Shown here: positions 37,301-50,063 of the stretch, piece after piece
Layout of the letters: each line of letters starts with the position of its first letter
Position numbering within the stretch: position 1 is the first letter of the stretch
Origin: Phoronis australis
Taxonomy: Eukaryota > Animalia > Phoronida
Direction: 5' to 3'
NCBI GenBank assembly: GCA_002633005.1
Contig: NMRA01000006.1
Span: 1,649,742 to 1,713,741, forward strand
Length of the DNA stretch: 64,000 bases
Notes under the pieces: model-generated
What the model saw: the letters and a program-made list of their open reading frames with translations, nothing else
Told to the model about the DNA's origin: nothing
Database searches by the model: none
Translations under genes and position numbers: made by a program

Positions 37301-39992
37301 GCTATTACCCCAATGTTTGTTCTGCACAATGCGAAACCAGTGTGACTAAGTAAAAGTGCTTGTTGTATGAAATCAGTTGAAAGTTGGAAAGCCTCATTTG
37401 TTCATTATATATTGGCGCGTGCTTGAACCAAAACGATTGCTGTATGTGGTAAAATTTCCTTAACTTGAGACACTCAAAATTTATATGTGAAAATAAAAAT
37501 AAGTGTCATGTCTTCGCCTTTTTGTGACAAGCCACGGTCGTTAATTTAGAATTTCAACTTTTTATCATGAACAGGTAATGGTAATTTAATAAGTTTGCTT
37601 GACAAACAAGGGAGAGCTTTTAGGCCATGGGTTATGGTGGTAGTAGTAGTAGTCGACATGTTTGCCACCTCTGGTTATACTCTTTCACTGCCAAGCAGCT
37701 TACACATTCATTGTTAAGCACCTTTCAGCGAATTATGAATTCACTGCTGAACGAGCCAGTTGGCGAGTTGGGTACTTGCTCATTCTTGAACCTAGTTATC
37801 CTAAATAAATGTCATGGGAGATGACATCGGATGACAAGACATCAGTTTTACGGAATACTGAACAAAAGTTTTTTATTTCTGTCTTAATTTTGAATTAATT
37901 TATGTTGATGGCTTACTTGTCATTCCCTTTGTAGTGCGTTATAGCGGCATTTGAACTGTCTCCTTGCACAGGCTGTTATTAGTCAGCTAGTCCTAGTTTT
38001 AACACTTGTCTTTCGCATCTCGCACTCTTCTAGGCTTTGTATTACATTAAGGTAACCTTGTCGTCCACTGTAGTGTCACCGTGGAATGATAGAGCTAGGG
38101 CATGGCTTACCCATAATCCATCTGTTGTCTGTACATGCTCCGAGTCTCTATTGTTTTGTTCATCCATTATTGTTATGTTGATAGACAATTGAATTGACAA
38201 AATGAGCTATCATTCTTTAGTGCACAGGTGGGAAAAGTGCCATAGCTGTTACTATTTATAACCTAATTAGCATCGGTGACGAGACACGTGTCAGTCATTA
38301 CGGCATGAGTGATGGTCTAAGTATACTGAACAGTGTTCTCCTTGCATGGGTTCAAATACGGTGTTCTGCCATGTTTGGAAAGTTCTGCACCGAGTTTGGA
38401 AATTTTGAGTCACTTGTGAAGAGTTCTGAGCCGTGTTTCAGATCTTGATCTGTGTACGAAAATGCCAAGTTTTGACTGCTTTACAAAACAACTATTGAAA
38501 TAGTGTCGCCTAATGTTTCTTATTTTTATTATATCCTGTAAAAATAAATTAGTGCCCTCAGCAAGTGAAAATATTGTGTAGTGATTGTTGTCTCTGTGAA
38601 TTAATAGAAATGAAGATTGTGATGTGAGAACTCTCTGCGCAAGTTTGCACCATGTTTAGATTTTTGCTTAGGGACAACCCATCTTAACTCTATGTCTAAA
38701 AATTTCCGAGCACATGATGATTCACGATAAGTAATACTATCAGTGCTCTTTACTGTCAAAACTTGTCGGTTTGAAGTGTCAGGACATGTTATGTTAAAGG
38801 CATGGTTTTATTTTGTGGAGGACTGGACTTTTGTCTTGGAGGAGGCGTGCTTAGTTTTAAGAAAGGTGGTACTGATTTTTGTAGAAGGTTGGGCATTTAT
38901 TCTCTGGAAAGCATGGCTTTGTCTTGAGCAAGAGCTTTGTCCTGAGAAAGGCAGGTATTGTCTTGTGGAGGGCACTGCTTAAGTGGGTCTTTGTTATCAG
39001 ATAGGTGGTACATTGTCTTTTAGAGGATGGGCCTTTGTTTTAAGGTAGAGTTTTCGATTCTGTTTCTTGCAGAATGTCATTGTTGTTTACCACAACATGC
39101 CTTATCTTGCCACTGATGTATTGTGAAAACCCAAGGCTTACGCTTGACGTTTTTCCAAACAATTTTGTGGTTTACATTTTGAGTTTCCTTTAGTCAAAAA
39201 TAATTTTTATTCATTTTGACTTCACTGAGATTTCATTCATGATTTAATGTTCGTACATCCGTCGGTAGGCCAATACAGATGGTATCTTTCTGTGTACACT
39301 TTTTAGTGTGGCTGACTTAAATTAGCATAAAATGTTTTAGTGTCAAAAACAACCTTCTTCACCAGCGTATTTGCTCTTGTGAAGCAGTGATATATACCTA
39401 AATATCCTTGAGTGCTAGGGCTCCCTTTGTTGGCATGTTGTGTCTGTTCGTCAAGACCATACCCATAGCATGTAGCAGATTGTTTGTACCCTGGTATCGT
39501 AACCCCAGTACCTTCAGCATGTCATGTGGTGACCAAATCTGCACGTTCAGTACTGTGTTAGAATTAGTGTAATCATGTTTTGGTCACAAGAACTGGTCAG
39601 ACGATTTACTGTTGGTTCTTTTGTCTTAAACCTTCTGTTTACTACATTTGTAGAGTTGCCTACAGTTGTTTTCACTTTGTATAGTTTTGAGAAAAGTTAG
39701 AAATGAAGAAGCATGTCACTTGTGAAGTGGGATTCTTCTGTTTTAAAATTGTTTTTGCATTGTGATGGTAACGCTATCGGTTTATTTATCCCTATAACCT
39801 TGAGCACATAGTGTAATGTTTTCTTGTTAAAGTGTTGATTATAAAGTTGACGCTTTCAGCATTTTTCTGTTGTTAGCCTGAGCTTTGCAATGTTGCATTT
39901 TCGTGCATGTTTGGCTTAAAAGGAAATGTCGTTATGTCGATCAGTTGTTTGGGATTTTTCCTTGCTTCATGGTTCATTTATCTTACGTGTAG

Positions 39993-40073
39993 GCCATCTA
40001 CATATCTAGGATAACAGAAGGCGGCGCTGCAGACAGGGATGGTGTGTTGCAAGTTGGTGATCGCATTCTGTCG
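39993..40073 (+). CDS. scrib: Scribble exon, PDZ2 (AIYISRITEGGAADRDGVLQVGDRILS)
   Basis: gtgtag|..|gtgagt, 81 bp. Confidence 0.96.
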
Positions 40074-40189
40074 GTGAGTTAACTTTTTACTGATGGGGTG
40101 AAGAGCTTGGAGGAAATGTGGTATTTAGAGGAATGTCTGCATTGTGACTGCGAGTTTACTATGTACTGGAGGGGTAGGGAGTTAAGTGC

Positions 40190-40233
40190 ATTAAGTTACT
40201 ATTAAGTTACTATTAAGTTACTATTAAGTTACT
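40190..40233. repeat. 11-bp tandem repeat x4
   Basis: Unit attaagttact. Confidence 0.9.
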
Positions 40234-40594
40234 ATAGGGATATCTGCATTCATGATGTTCACACTTGTAGTTTTCATAAAGACGCAGACAAAATGTCCTT
40301 GTTGAAATTTGATGAGATTTTGAGCAAACATGTGACTTGCGCCTGTTTTTGACCACAATTTTGACAAGACTGTCTGAGCCTCAACAAAATTCACCAATTT
40401 CTTGAACACAACTAAGACAAGTCTCCATATACACTACTTAGGGACAGTTTAGCTTTCGTTCTCTCCATCAGGCCTGCTGAGCTTATTTACACCCCAAAAA
40501 AGAATCGTAGGAATCGAAGGTACAGCTGTTTATCACGTCTCACTTCCCCTCTGTTGTGCCACATTTCTTGCAACATTCGAAAATCACGTTTCAG

Positions 40595-41041
40595 ATAAAC
40601 GATGTGGACATGACCAACGCCCACCACGAGGATGCCGTAACACTGCTCACTAGTCAGGGTAACAGTGTCAAGCTAACTGTCACGCGCGACAAGTTTGTCA
40701 TCAAAGAACCCAAGCTTCCACCCAAGGCAGCAGGCTCGTTGGGCGGTTTTTCGACCCCCTCGCCGTCATCTTCACAGTATTCCCTCCGCTCCTCGGAACA
40801 GGCTCCGGGCATTACGCCGCAGAAGAAGGTCCAAACTACAACGTACAAGTTCGACCCCATTTCGGGCCGGGCGATTCCCTACGTGCCAGAGATCGAGGAG
40901 CCCGAACCAGTGGTGCGCAAATCAACAACTGTCGTCACGGTGTCAGCGTACACGAAGCCAGAATTGGCCGCTGGGAAGAAATCGTACACGGTTGTCGATA
41001 AAAGTGGAACGCTTCGCACACAAGAGATAAACTCAATACAG
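40595..41041 (+). CDS. scrib: Scribble exon, PDZ2 end plus S/T/P linker (INDVDMTNAHHEDAVTLLT...QEINSIQ)
   Basis: tttcag|..|gtaga, 447 bp, phase 0-0; within ORF 40556..41248. Confidence 0.92.
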
Positions 41042-41280
41042 GTAGAGCTTCGAAATCAACACCTCTTGTTTCTGTGTGGGATACTGTGGTCAGAATGGAG
41101 CTCATATGTGTTGTTTTTTACTGTATTTCTATTTTATCTTACTTTGAAGTTGGCAATTTTTGATCCACCGACGTATTTATCCATCATAAAGGCATTTGTT
41201 TACACTGAAAATTTCACCAGTTCAGGACACAATATGATGGCCAAGTGAAATTCATAAATTTGTAAATGATAAGTGGCACC

Positions 41281-41592
41281 AAATATTAATGCCTGTATCT
41301 TTTAACCTCTATACCATAGTTACCACCAGACAAATATTAATGCCTGTATCATTTAACCTCTATACCATAGTTACCACCAGACAAATATTAATGCCTGTAT
41401 CATTTAACCTCTATACCATAGTTACCACCAGACAAAAATTAATGCCTGTATCATTTAACCTCTATACCATAGTTACCACCAGACAAAAATTAATGCCTGT
41501 ATCATTTAACCTCTATACCATAGTTACCACCAGACAAAAATTAATGCCTGTATCTTTTAACCTCTATACCATAGTTACCACCAGACAAAAAT
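41281..41592. repeat. 51-bp minisatellite, 6 near-identical copies
   Basis: Unit aaa(t/a)attaatgcctgtatc(a/t)tttaacctctataccatagttaccaccagac. Confidence 0.95.
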
Positions 41593-41955
41593 TGTAGAAA
41601 TTTTGACAAAATTTTTACAAATTTTTTCCATTCTTACGAATGTTAGAACCCTTTGAAAAAGGTCGACTTCAGGAAAGACTTATGTCCGAAATTGGTTGGC
41701 TTATTGTACATTATGTTTTAATCTACGATTAAATCTCTCTAGTTTCGCATGAATCTGATCATCTAATTCTGAGATATAATGTTCCAAAGTTAGTCAAATT
41801 TGGACGTTTTTCTAGGGTACTTCATGACTGGCATGGGATTTCTTTGGTGGTTATAAATTGCCAGTTTTGTAAAAATGAATGCGGCTTTTTCCCACTCAAT
41901 GGTTCTCGACTGTGAAACTGTGTTTTTGATGACTATGGCTTTGGACTGTTTACAG

Positions 41956-42066
41956 CACTACGTAATCCCTAAGCATGGCGGACCACTCGGTCTAAGTGTG
42001 GTTGGTGGAGTAGACCACATTAGTCATCCATTTGGAGTAGATGAGCCAGGAATCTTCATTTCTAAG
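41956..42066 (+). CDS. scrib: Scribble exon, PDZ3 start (HYVIPKHGGPLGLSVVGGVDHISHPFGVDEPGIFISK)
   Basis: ttacag|..|gtatg, 111 bp. Confidence 0.96.
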
Positions 42067-42796
42067 GTATGCATCTATTATCTTTAGTCATAATGTCTTT
42101 TTTGCTGCAGTCATTTAATTTCCTTATTGTTAGGCTTACGCATCCTATTAATTTTTGTAAAATAAGATACAATGCATTAAACTTGTATTTTGCATCGTTT
42201 TCATTTTCTATTAGTCTACTAAGGCAAGGAGTCTGGTCATGACCATTGTTCGAATCTTAAACTCAAAGTAACAGGCTACCTTTGTTACCAAGGAAAATTC
42301 CAGGCACGCTTTTGAAGCTAATAGAATAAAAAATAAACCGAATTAACAAGTTTTGTGTGAAAAATTCATGTTTGTGAAAAGGAAGCAGATCTCCGTGAAA
42401 ATCATGATTCTTTTACAAACATCATCGTATGATTACGAACATCTGGGCATTGTTATCGTGGACATAATAAGATTCTGTGGTCATCAAGTAGTTGATAAAC
42501 ATATTGTTTAATGGGTTAGCTAATAATAGTTAAAACATTATTTTCGAAATTTGATCGTTGGTAACTATAGTTGACATTTTCTAAATTAAATGCTTTATGA
42601 AGAGCGTTACTTTCTTTGCAAGGCTTGTGGCTTCAAATGAAATTGGCAATGCTTGGTTCCTAAAACTTCACGTTCTCTGTACTCATTAGCAGTGCTACAG
42701 AAGTTTTCCATTAGATTTCGAATGTGAATCGCACAGTGATTTGTACAGGGCATTTCAGCATGATGTATTATTGACCTTTTCGTCTCATCTCTGTAG

Positions 42797-42973
42797 ATTG
42801 TCCCAGGGGGAGTTGCCGCTAGGACAGGCTTAAGAATGGGTGATCGCATTTTGGAGGTCGAAGGTCATGATGTTACTAAGGCAACACATCAGGAGGCAGT
42901 ACAGCTGCTGTTAGAGCCGCAGGACGAGGTCCATCTTCTTGTGAGGCATGATGCACCACCGCCTGGGCTCATG
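42797..42973 (+). CDS. scrib: Scribble exon, PDZ3 end (IVPGGVAARTGLRMGDRILEVEGHDVTKATHQEAVQLLL..RHDAPPPGLM)
   Basis: ctgtag|..|gtgag, 177 bp. Confidence 0.96.
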
Positions 42974-43300
42974 GTGAGAATTGATGGTTGGGGTAACGAG
43001 TGATGCTATATGCCTGAAAGTTTCCGCTCATAATTAGTTTCTATGTTGTCATGGAAACTGGAAGTGTTATCTCAGCTTGTGTCAGAACTTGTTTCATCCG
43101 TCACACACAAAATCAGGAATGTGCACCCACAGGCTCATCATAAATTTAGTTTAAATTGAATTGCTTGCACCTCCTTATGTTATGCCGTGGATTTGTTAAG
43201 ATGATCAGTAGCTCATATTTCGTAAGTCGCAATGTTTTCACGTGTTCAACCAAAGACATACTACGTAATTTATGAAACATTTTGTGTTACTTGCTTTCAG

Positions 43301-43417
43301 GAACTAAGTATTATTAAAAATCCTGGAGACAAGCTGGGCATCAGTATTAGAGGTGGAGCCCGTGGTTACCCAGGAAACCCTCTAGACAATACTGACGAGG
43401 GCATCTTCATCTCCAAG
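43301..43417 (+). CDS. scrib: Scribble exon, PDZ4 start (ELSIIKNPGDKLGISIRGGARGYPGNPLDNTDEGIFISK)
   Basis: tttcag|..|gtaat, 117 bp. Confidence 0.96.
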
Positions 43418-44702
43418 GTAATATCTTTTGTTGCCAGACTACAGTGTTGATCAATAGCCGCATCCCACAACACCATAGTGACCTTTCTGATTCTGCAGTT
43501 CTTACCCACGATGCTACACACCTTTATGGCACTTGGCCAACAGCTGTACACTGCTGCCATGACAATCGCCATTTTGCTTAAAGATTAGTTTGTCATTTGT
43601 GATTATTCTGATGCACAGTGGATTGCAATGCAGACATAAAAAGAATTGGAAAAGCTGAGTAGGGCTTGATAAATCATCCTTCACTTGTCCAACTTTGGTT
43701 AGAAGTGAGTTGGCCGCCTTGCCTTTCAAGAACTAGGCCGGTCTTACAATGCATTTTTGTGTCTCCGCTTAAGAGAAAAGTTGAATCTGGGATGTGGGAA
43801 TTGTCCTTCAAGAAAAATAGTATCTTGACATTTAAAGTTTCTGATAGTGAATTAATTCTGTTTTATTATCCAGTATAGAAATAGGGGACATCTAATGACA
43901 CAATTGCTGAGTTTTGAAATAACCCCACCATATTGAAATTGAAATTTACATACCCTCCAGATGGTGATGATGTCTTTGATGGACAGGCGTTGAACGCCAC
44001 CTAAAGATCCCGTGTAATGCGGACGAGAGGTTTTAACCTAGTGATATAAACACCGTTATGACACCTTTCCTTCTATCATAATGCCGGCAAATTTCATTGA
44101 TGTGCGATCGGGTGTACTAATGGCTTATGAAAAAGGCAAACCTCGTGAAATATTGATAGATGAAGGAAAGAATGTCACATGCATTTCCCAGCTGCATAGT
44201 CGGTAGCTGTGGCTGATAAAAGTGGTAGAGTTTCCCAACCAGTGTCAAAAAGCTGTAATAAGTGAGTGAACTTAACCTAATCAAACAGTGGGAGGGGTTG
44301 ACAATAGAATCTATTCCTGTTTTTAAATTAATTAGCCACTATATGTAGCAGTGAATGTCTGTCCACCAAATCTGAGTTGGTATAAAGTGCAAATCACTAT
44401 CTCACTCTCATTATTCTATTCAGCAGAAGTGAACTCCTTCGTAGTACATACCCACTGCAAGTTACATTTCACTATGAGTTTTATTGTCGCTGTGCTTTGA
44501 TAACAACCCACTTTACAAGGACCAACAATTAGCTCTCTACCTTTTGCATTGCTATTAGCGTTTGATTTAGCGTGTAGCATTACGATTTGTGTTTCTGCCA
44601 TTAGCTTTGTGAATAATTATCCTTTACCATTATAATTAACAGTACTACCGCAGTTCTGGAAGAGCGTGAAATAAATTATTGACTTTTCTCAACTATCTAC
44701 AG

Positions 44703-44984
44703 ATAACTACTGGTGCGATCTCACGTGACGGACGCCTCAAAGTCGGCGATCGCATCCTGGAGGTGAATGGCCACAGTTTTATCGGTGCCAACCACCAGGA
44801 GGCGGTGCGAGCGCTGCGGTCCATCGGCGACCGACTCAACATCACGGTTTGCGAGGGCTACGACCCTGATATGGCTGCCACGTCTCCAAATACATCCATG
44901 TTCTCCATGGGTAGTAGGTCAGGGTCAAAGGGCTCACTGTCCAGTGTTGACCGGGAGGACTCAGACACCGAGATCTTCAGACAG
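44703..44984 (+). CDS. scrib: Scribble exon, PDZ4 end plus SLSSVDRE motif
   Basis: ctacag|..|gtgtgt, 282 bp; ITTGAISRDGRLKVGDRILEVNG..HQEAVRALR..CEGYD..SLSSVDRE. Confidence 0.95.
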
Positions 44985-45071
44985 GTGTGTTAAGTGATAC
45001 ATTTTTCACCGTAGAGCCTTTTTTCATTAATTTCATTATTTATTTAGTTTTTCACTAATTTTATTTATTTT

Positions 45072-46487
45072 TTGTGGGTAGTTCTTGATACAGGAAAAAT
45101 TAGTCGCTTTTGGTATGTTCTCGTAATCTCTAAAAATAAATATTTAGTGTCAGCAGACAAACATTGGCTTTTGTCTAGTTGCCAATTCAAGGAAGTTGGG
45201 CTTCTGCTCCTGCACACCATGGTATTTTCCCTGTTAACATCATGCTTGACTCGTGTTCAAGTTTTATTTCTTTTCCGTCATGTTGATGTTACATCCCTAT
45301 CAACAATCACTTTCTCTGGATTAGTTCCATTAAATCTTCTAATCACAGACAAGTTGTTTCATGTAATATATCCGTGGGAAGGGAATAGCCGTGTGAAAGA
45401 AAAGTTGTTGGAGAGAAGGGAATCGTGTTGACGGGTCAAGACTGCAGTTTGCAGGAATGCAGTGTTGGTGTTCAGGAATGGAAATTTTGGTCTTGTAGTT
45501 AGCAGTTATAGTCTCAGTGTCACAATTTTGATGTTTGNNNNNNNNNNNNNNNNNNNNNNNNNNNNNNNNNNNNNNNNNNNNNNNNNNNNNNNNNNNNNNN
45601 NNNNNNNNNNNNNNNNNNNNNNNNNNNNNNNNNNNNNNNNNNNNNNNNNNNNNNNNNNNNNNNNNNNNNNNNNNNNNNNNNNNNNNNNNNNNNNNNNNNN
45701 NNNNNNNNNNNNNNNNNNNNNNNNNNNNNNNNNNNNNNNNNNNNNNNNNNNNNNNNNNNNNNNNNNNNNNNNNNNNNNNNNNNNNNNNNNNNNNNNNNNN
45801 NNNNNNNNNNNNNNNNNNNNNNNNNNNNNNNNNNNNNNNNNNNNNNNNNNNNNNNNNNNNNNNNNNNNNNNNNNNNNNNNNNNNNNNNNNNNNNNNNNNN
45901 NNNNNNNNNNNNNNNNNNNNNNNNNNNNNNNNNNNNNNNNNNNNNNNNNNNNNNNNNNNNNNNNNNNNNNNNNNNNNNNNNNNNNNNNNNNNNNNNNNNN
46001 NNNNNNNNNNNNNNNNNNNNNTTGTGGGTAGTTCTTGATACAGGAAAAATTAGTCGCTTTTGGTATGTTCTCGTAATCTCTGAAAATAAATATTTAGTGT
46101 CAGCAGACAAACATTGGCTTTTGTCTAGTTGCCAGTTCAAGGAAGTTGGGCTTCTGCTCCTGCACACCATGGTATTTTCCCTGTTAACATCATGCTTGAC
46201 TCGTGTTCAAGTTTTATTTCTTTTCCGTCATGTTGATGTTACATCCCTATCAACAATCACTTTCTGTGGATTAGTTCCATTACATCTTCTAATCACAGAC
46301 AAGTTGTTTCATGTAATATATCCGTGGGAAGGGAATAGCCGTGTGAAAAAAAAGTTGTTCGAGAGAAGGGAATCGTGTTGACGGGTCAAGACTGCAGTTT
46401 GCAGGAAAGCAGTGTTGGTGTTCAGGAATGGAAATTTTGGTCTTGTAGTTAGCAGTTATAGTCTCAGTGTCACAATTTTGATGTTTG
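45072..46487. other. 466-bp direct duplication flanking a 484-N gap (45538-46021); likely unmerged haplotypes
   Basis: 45072-45537 vs 46022-46487 differ by about 7 substitutions and abut the gap exactly. Confidence 0.88.
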
Positions 46488-46644
46488 ATGTACCATAAGA
46501 TAATAAAGTATATGACACTGCAGAGAATGGTTACTGCAGGATGGATTGCTCAGCATTTTTGTAAGGTAGAAGCTGTGAAGTTGTATTTAAGCATTGTATT
46601 CAGCCTTCTCATATACGTTAAATACAATCATTGTGTTGTTGTAG

Positions 46645-46701
46645 GAGCAGGAAGCCATGGAGGAGGAGAGACGCTGGGAACAAGAAGAACTACACAAAGT
46701 G
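46645..46701 (+). CDS. scrib: Scribble exon, start of charged helix (EQEAMEEERRWEQEELHKV)
   Basis: ttgtag|..|gtgag, 57 bp, phase 0-0. Confidence 0.88.
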
Positions 46702-47040
46702 GTGAGGAATAACGGGGATATACTGAGTAGTTGTAATGGCTTGCATTGTTCTCAAGTTGACATGAGGCTGTAAACTACAGGAGCATAACTGGTATTTGGT
46801 GGTGGGGTGTGACAACTAATTTGTTCCAGAAAATCGCTTTATTGTGCAATTCGGCAATTATTGGACGGGGGGGGGTATCGCACCTCTGTACTCTCCTCCA
46901 TAAGTTTCACCTCTGTCTTCCCTTCTTGCATAAAAAATTGTGCTCGTGCTTGCTGATACACCACATGCCTGTTAAATTTTTCAAAATGGTTTTTGTTGCA
47001 AATTCATTGATTTTGTGAATTATTTTTCTTTTTTTCTCAG

Positions 47041-47105
47041 GAAAAAATGCGTCGTGAACGCGAGGAAGAAAACAGGCGCTTGGAAGAGGAAGCTGAGAAA
47101 AAGAG
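47041..47105 (+). CDS. scrib: Scribble exon, E/R/K helix (EKMRREREEENRRLEEEAEKKR)
   Basis: tctcag|..|gtatg, 65 bp, phase 0-2. Confidence 0.9.
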
Positions 47106-48310
47106 GTATGGTGTAGAAAAACTGGAGTACGCGTCAAAAGTATTCAAGTAGGAATATTTCGTAAATTGCAGCCCTCAGTGTATTTGCGTTTCGTACTAAC
47201 AATTTCATGGAATTTGACATTCAGTCGCATACAACTGTGACGGCCATTTTGTGGGTGCCTCACTAGAAATTTAAAATCCTGATTATTTTGTAAAATACTG
47301 TACTCTTATTGAAACTGAATAACTTTTGACTAATTAAAATTGGTTTGCATTAAAATTATTTTCATAAAATTTTTAACGAAAAAAGCATCTTTAATTTCTT
47401 TCTTGTTGTTAACTTTGCATCATTCTTGGTTATGGCAGACTTTTAAATGAAAAACTGAAAAGCACTAATTGCCCAGCCGTTTTGACTGAAAAGTTAGGGT
47501 CATTCGCTGCTTGAGTGGAATTTTTTAGTCCCCAAGTGTTATTTTTATTGTCTGCAATGTGCATTTAATGCATGATTTGAAGAAAATCAAAGATGGCTGC
47601 TAATAGTGGACAGTATATTCCTTTTTGAACATAAATGTGGCGTTTGCTTTGTTATTAATAAATAATTCAAATTTAATATTTCCTTATGTTGGCCGCAAAT
47701 TTTTGTTTAAGTAAGACAAGTGCTATTAAACACTATACTAACATTTGCAGAATGATTCTAACTTTCTCGGTCATTTCATACACTAAAAAAGACTCTCACC
47801 CTTGCATAGACAACGCGGTGCGTCTACGCAAGAGCGCGTGTCTTTCCAAGTGTATGAGAGAACTCTGAGAAAACTTGAATCCATAGAAACTAGTGTAATG
47901 TTTTAATGTTATTGGTGTATTAATTCAAATGAATGTAATGTCTTACAATTACCGAGTGGTATTGAAACATTACACTATATTACAGACTTATTTGCTTTCT
48001 TTTCTTCTCTTTTCACAATTGTTTATGTTCCAATAGTTTCAAGTCACTCTTATCCTAAACAAATTGTTTTTAGGTATGTGTTCTTATATAGTGCCCAGTG
48101 GACAGTTGTTCATTATTTTGATAAAAGAAAAAGTGTAAGTTCCATTACGCAGTAAAATGATATGAAAGAAGTATTGTCAGTATTGTTCAGGTGTCTACAA
48201 GTTGGAGGAAGAAAATGTGGGAATTGTGGAACTGTACCTGAAGCAGCTGCTATGTGTTATATAACCCAACAGATCTTGTGAGTTCTCATTAAGTTTGTTG
48301 TTGTTTGCAG

Positions 48311-48488
48311 GTTAGAGGAGGAAGCGAGGCGAAAGGCTGAACTTGAGAGGAAACGTAGAGAGGAACAGCAGCGTGAGGCGGAGAGGCGACGGAAAGAGGA
48401 AGAGGAGAGGTTAAAGAGAGAGGCGGAGCGTGCTAGGAAGAAACGTGAAGAGCAAGAGCGAATAGAGGCGGAGTTACGCAGGAAGAAG
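48311..48488 (+). CDS. scrib: Scribble exon, E/R/K helix (LEEEARRKAELERKRREEQ..EAELRRKK)
   Basis: ttgcag|..|gtagg, 178 bp, phase 2-0. Confidence 0.9.
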
Positions 48489-48909
48489 GTAGGAACGGCG
48501 GATGCAGGTTGTTGTTATTTTATCATAAATTACTATTTTTGCATGATTATTTTCTTGTATTTATTTTTTCATTATTTTGTTGTTATTATAACACTGTGAA
48601 CTAAGAAAATTGGTCTTGGACCGTGGGATGGTACTAATGAAAGAACAGTGCTTTTATTGTTTGAACGGACAGATCATAAACTGTTCTCCGGAAGGGAGGC
48701 AGTTGTGGACTTGGTGTCCTATTTGACCCGCACGCACACATTTCTACTAATGAGACCATTATCTCATTGGGACCATGTGGTGAATTTCAAGTTCCTTATT
48801 TTAATGAAATATGACACTAGGGTGAAATTTAGGGTTTTTTTGCATTAGTGTTACTGTCGCAAAGACTTATCTGGTGACATTCAATCTGTTTGCCTTTCAA
48901 ATCTGTCAG

Positions 48910-49061
48910 GAGGAAGAACAGCGGCGGTTGGAGGAGGAGCTTAGGCAACGTAAAGAGGAGGAGCAACGTCGACTAGAGGCGGAGTTAAGGCAGAGAGAGG
49001 AGGAGGAGAAGAGACGTTTAGAGGCGGAGTTAAGGAGACAAGAAGAAGAAGAGAAACGGAG
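48910..49061 (+). CDS. scrib: Scribble exon, 15-aa repeat E/R/K helix (EEEQRRLEEELRQRK, about 3.3 units)
   Basis: tgtcag|..|gtagt, 152 bp, phase 0-2. Confidence 0.9.
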
Positions 49062-49356
49062 GTAGTTGCAGCTCACCCTGTAAATCATAATTTTGTAAGA
49101 TGTCTTTCTAATTGTAATTCACGTCATCAATTATTTATGTCATGAATCTAAATTCTGTAAAAGGCTGCTTAGCGATTTACTCTGAATTTTGCATACCCCT
49201 AAATTGCATTTCCCACATGTGATTGCAGCTGAATATTTTATGTGCCTCCAAACATCACAAATTAGAAGAATAAGCATCTGTCAGTGAATGTTCTGTGGTA
49301 CCATGCAGCTCTTGTCTTGCTTGGTTTTCTAATTTCTAAAGCTGGACATTTTTCAG

Positions 49357-49474
49357 GCTTGAAGAGCAGTGGCGTCGAGAGGAGGAGGAGGCTCAACGAG
49401 CAGCAGAAGAGCAACGCAAGAGGTGGGAAGAGGAAGAAAAGAGGCGGAGACAGGCGGAGCTTATAGAGGAGGAG
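49357..49474 (+). CDS. scrib: Scribble exon, E/R/K helix (LEEQWRREEEEAQRAAEEQRKRWEEEEKRRRQAELIEEE)
   Basis: tttcag|..|gtaag, 118 bp, phase 2-0. Confidence 0.9.
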
Positions 49475-50063
49475 GTAAGATGGGCTGGGGTGATTTTAGG
49501 TATATGAAGGAGTCTTTGTGAGCAGCGGGGGGGGGCGTAGGGGNNNNNNNNNNNNNNNNNNNNNNNNNNNNNNNNNNNNNNNNNNNNNNNNNNNNNNNNN
49601 NNNNNNNNNNNNNNNNNGGGGTAAGGGTAGGTAGATGAAGGAGGCTTTATGAGCTTAGGAGGAGGAGCGTGAGAAGCGGGAAGAGGGAGTGGCTAGGAGG
49701 TGGGCGGAGCTTAGGGAGGAAGAGGTAAGATGGTCTAAGGAGATGAAGTTTTCACTGGATTACCTTGCACATGTAGTGCTATTTATGTACTTGTCATAAC
49801 ACAGGTCAAATCAATAGACTCTTTGTTGCCATACACAAAGTCTTAGTCACGTTTGACCTGAGTGGTCTTGCAAAGTTTGAAAATAACCGCTTGCTTAGTT
49901 CATATTGCTTTGATTATGGTGGAAACTAGTTGTTAAGCTTTCAAATTGACTGAACGCTATATAATAAAATTCGTACAAGCCGCATCCAACTGGAGTGATA
50001 TGCTAGTAAGGCAATATCCAACTTATGTGTAATTGTGCTTAATACTCTGTCTTTGGTTTACAG

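Noticed and set aside
41289-41597. 102-aa ORF of repeated MPVSFNLYTIVTTRQIL, and a possible CRISPR-like array
   Set aside because: A 51-bp head-to-tail minisatellite with no unique spacers; the ORF exists only because the unit is a multiple of 3
45462-46170. Long ORFs full of X
   Set aside because: Artefacts of translating the N gap
45072-46381. Twin 119-aa ORFs suggesting a duplicated small gene
   Set aside because: Chance intronic ORF repeated by the haplotype duplication; non-ATG start and no recognisable motif
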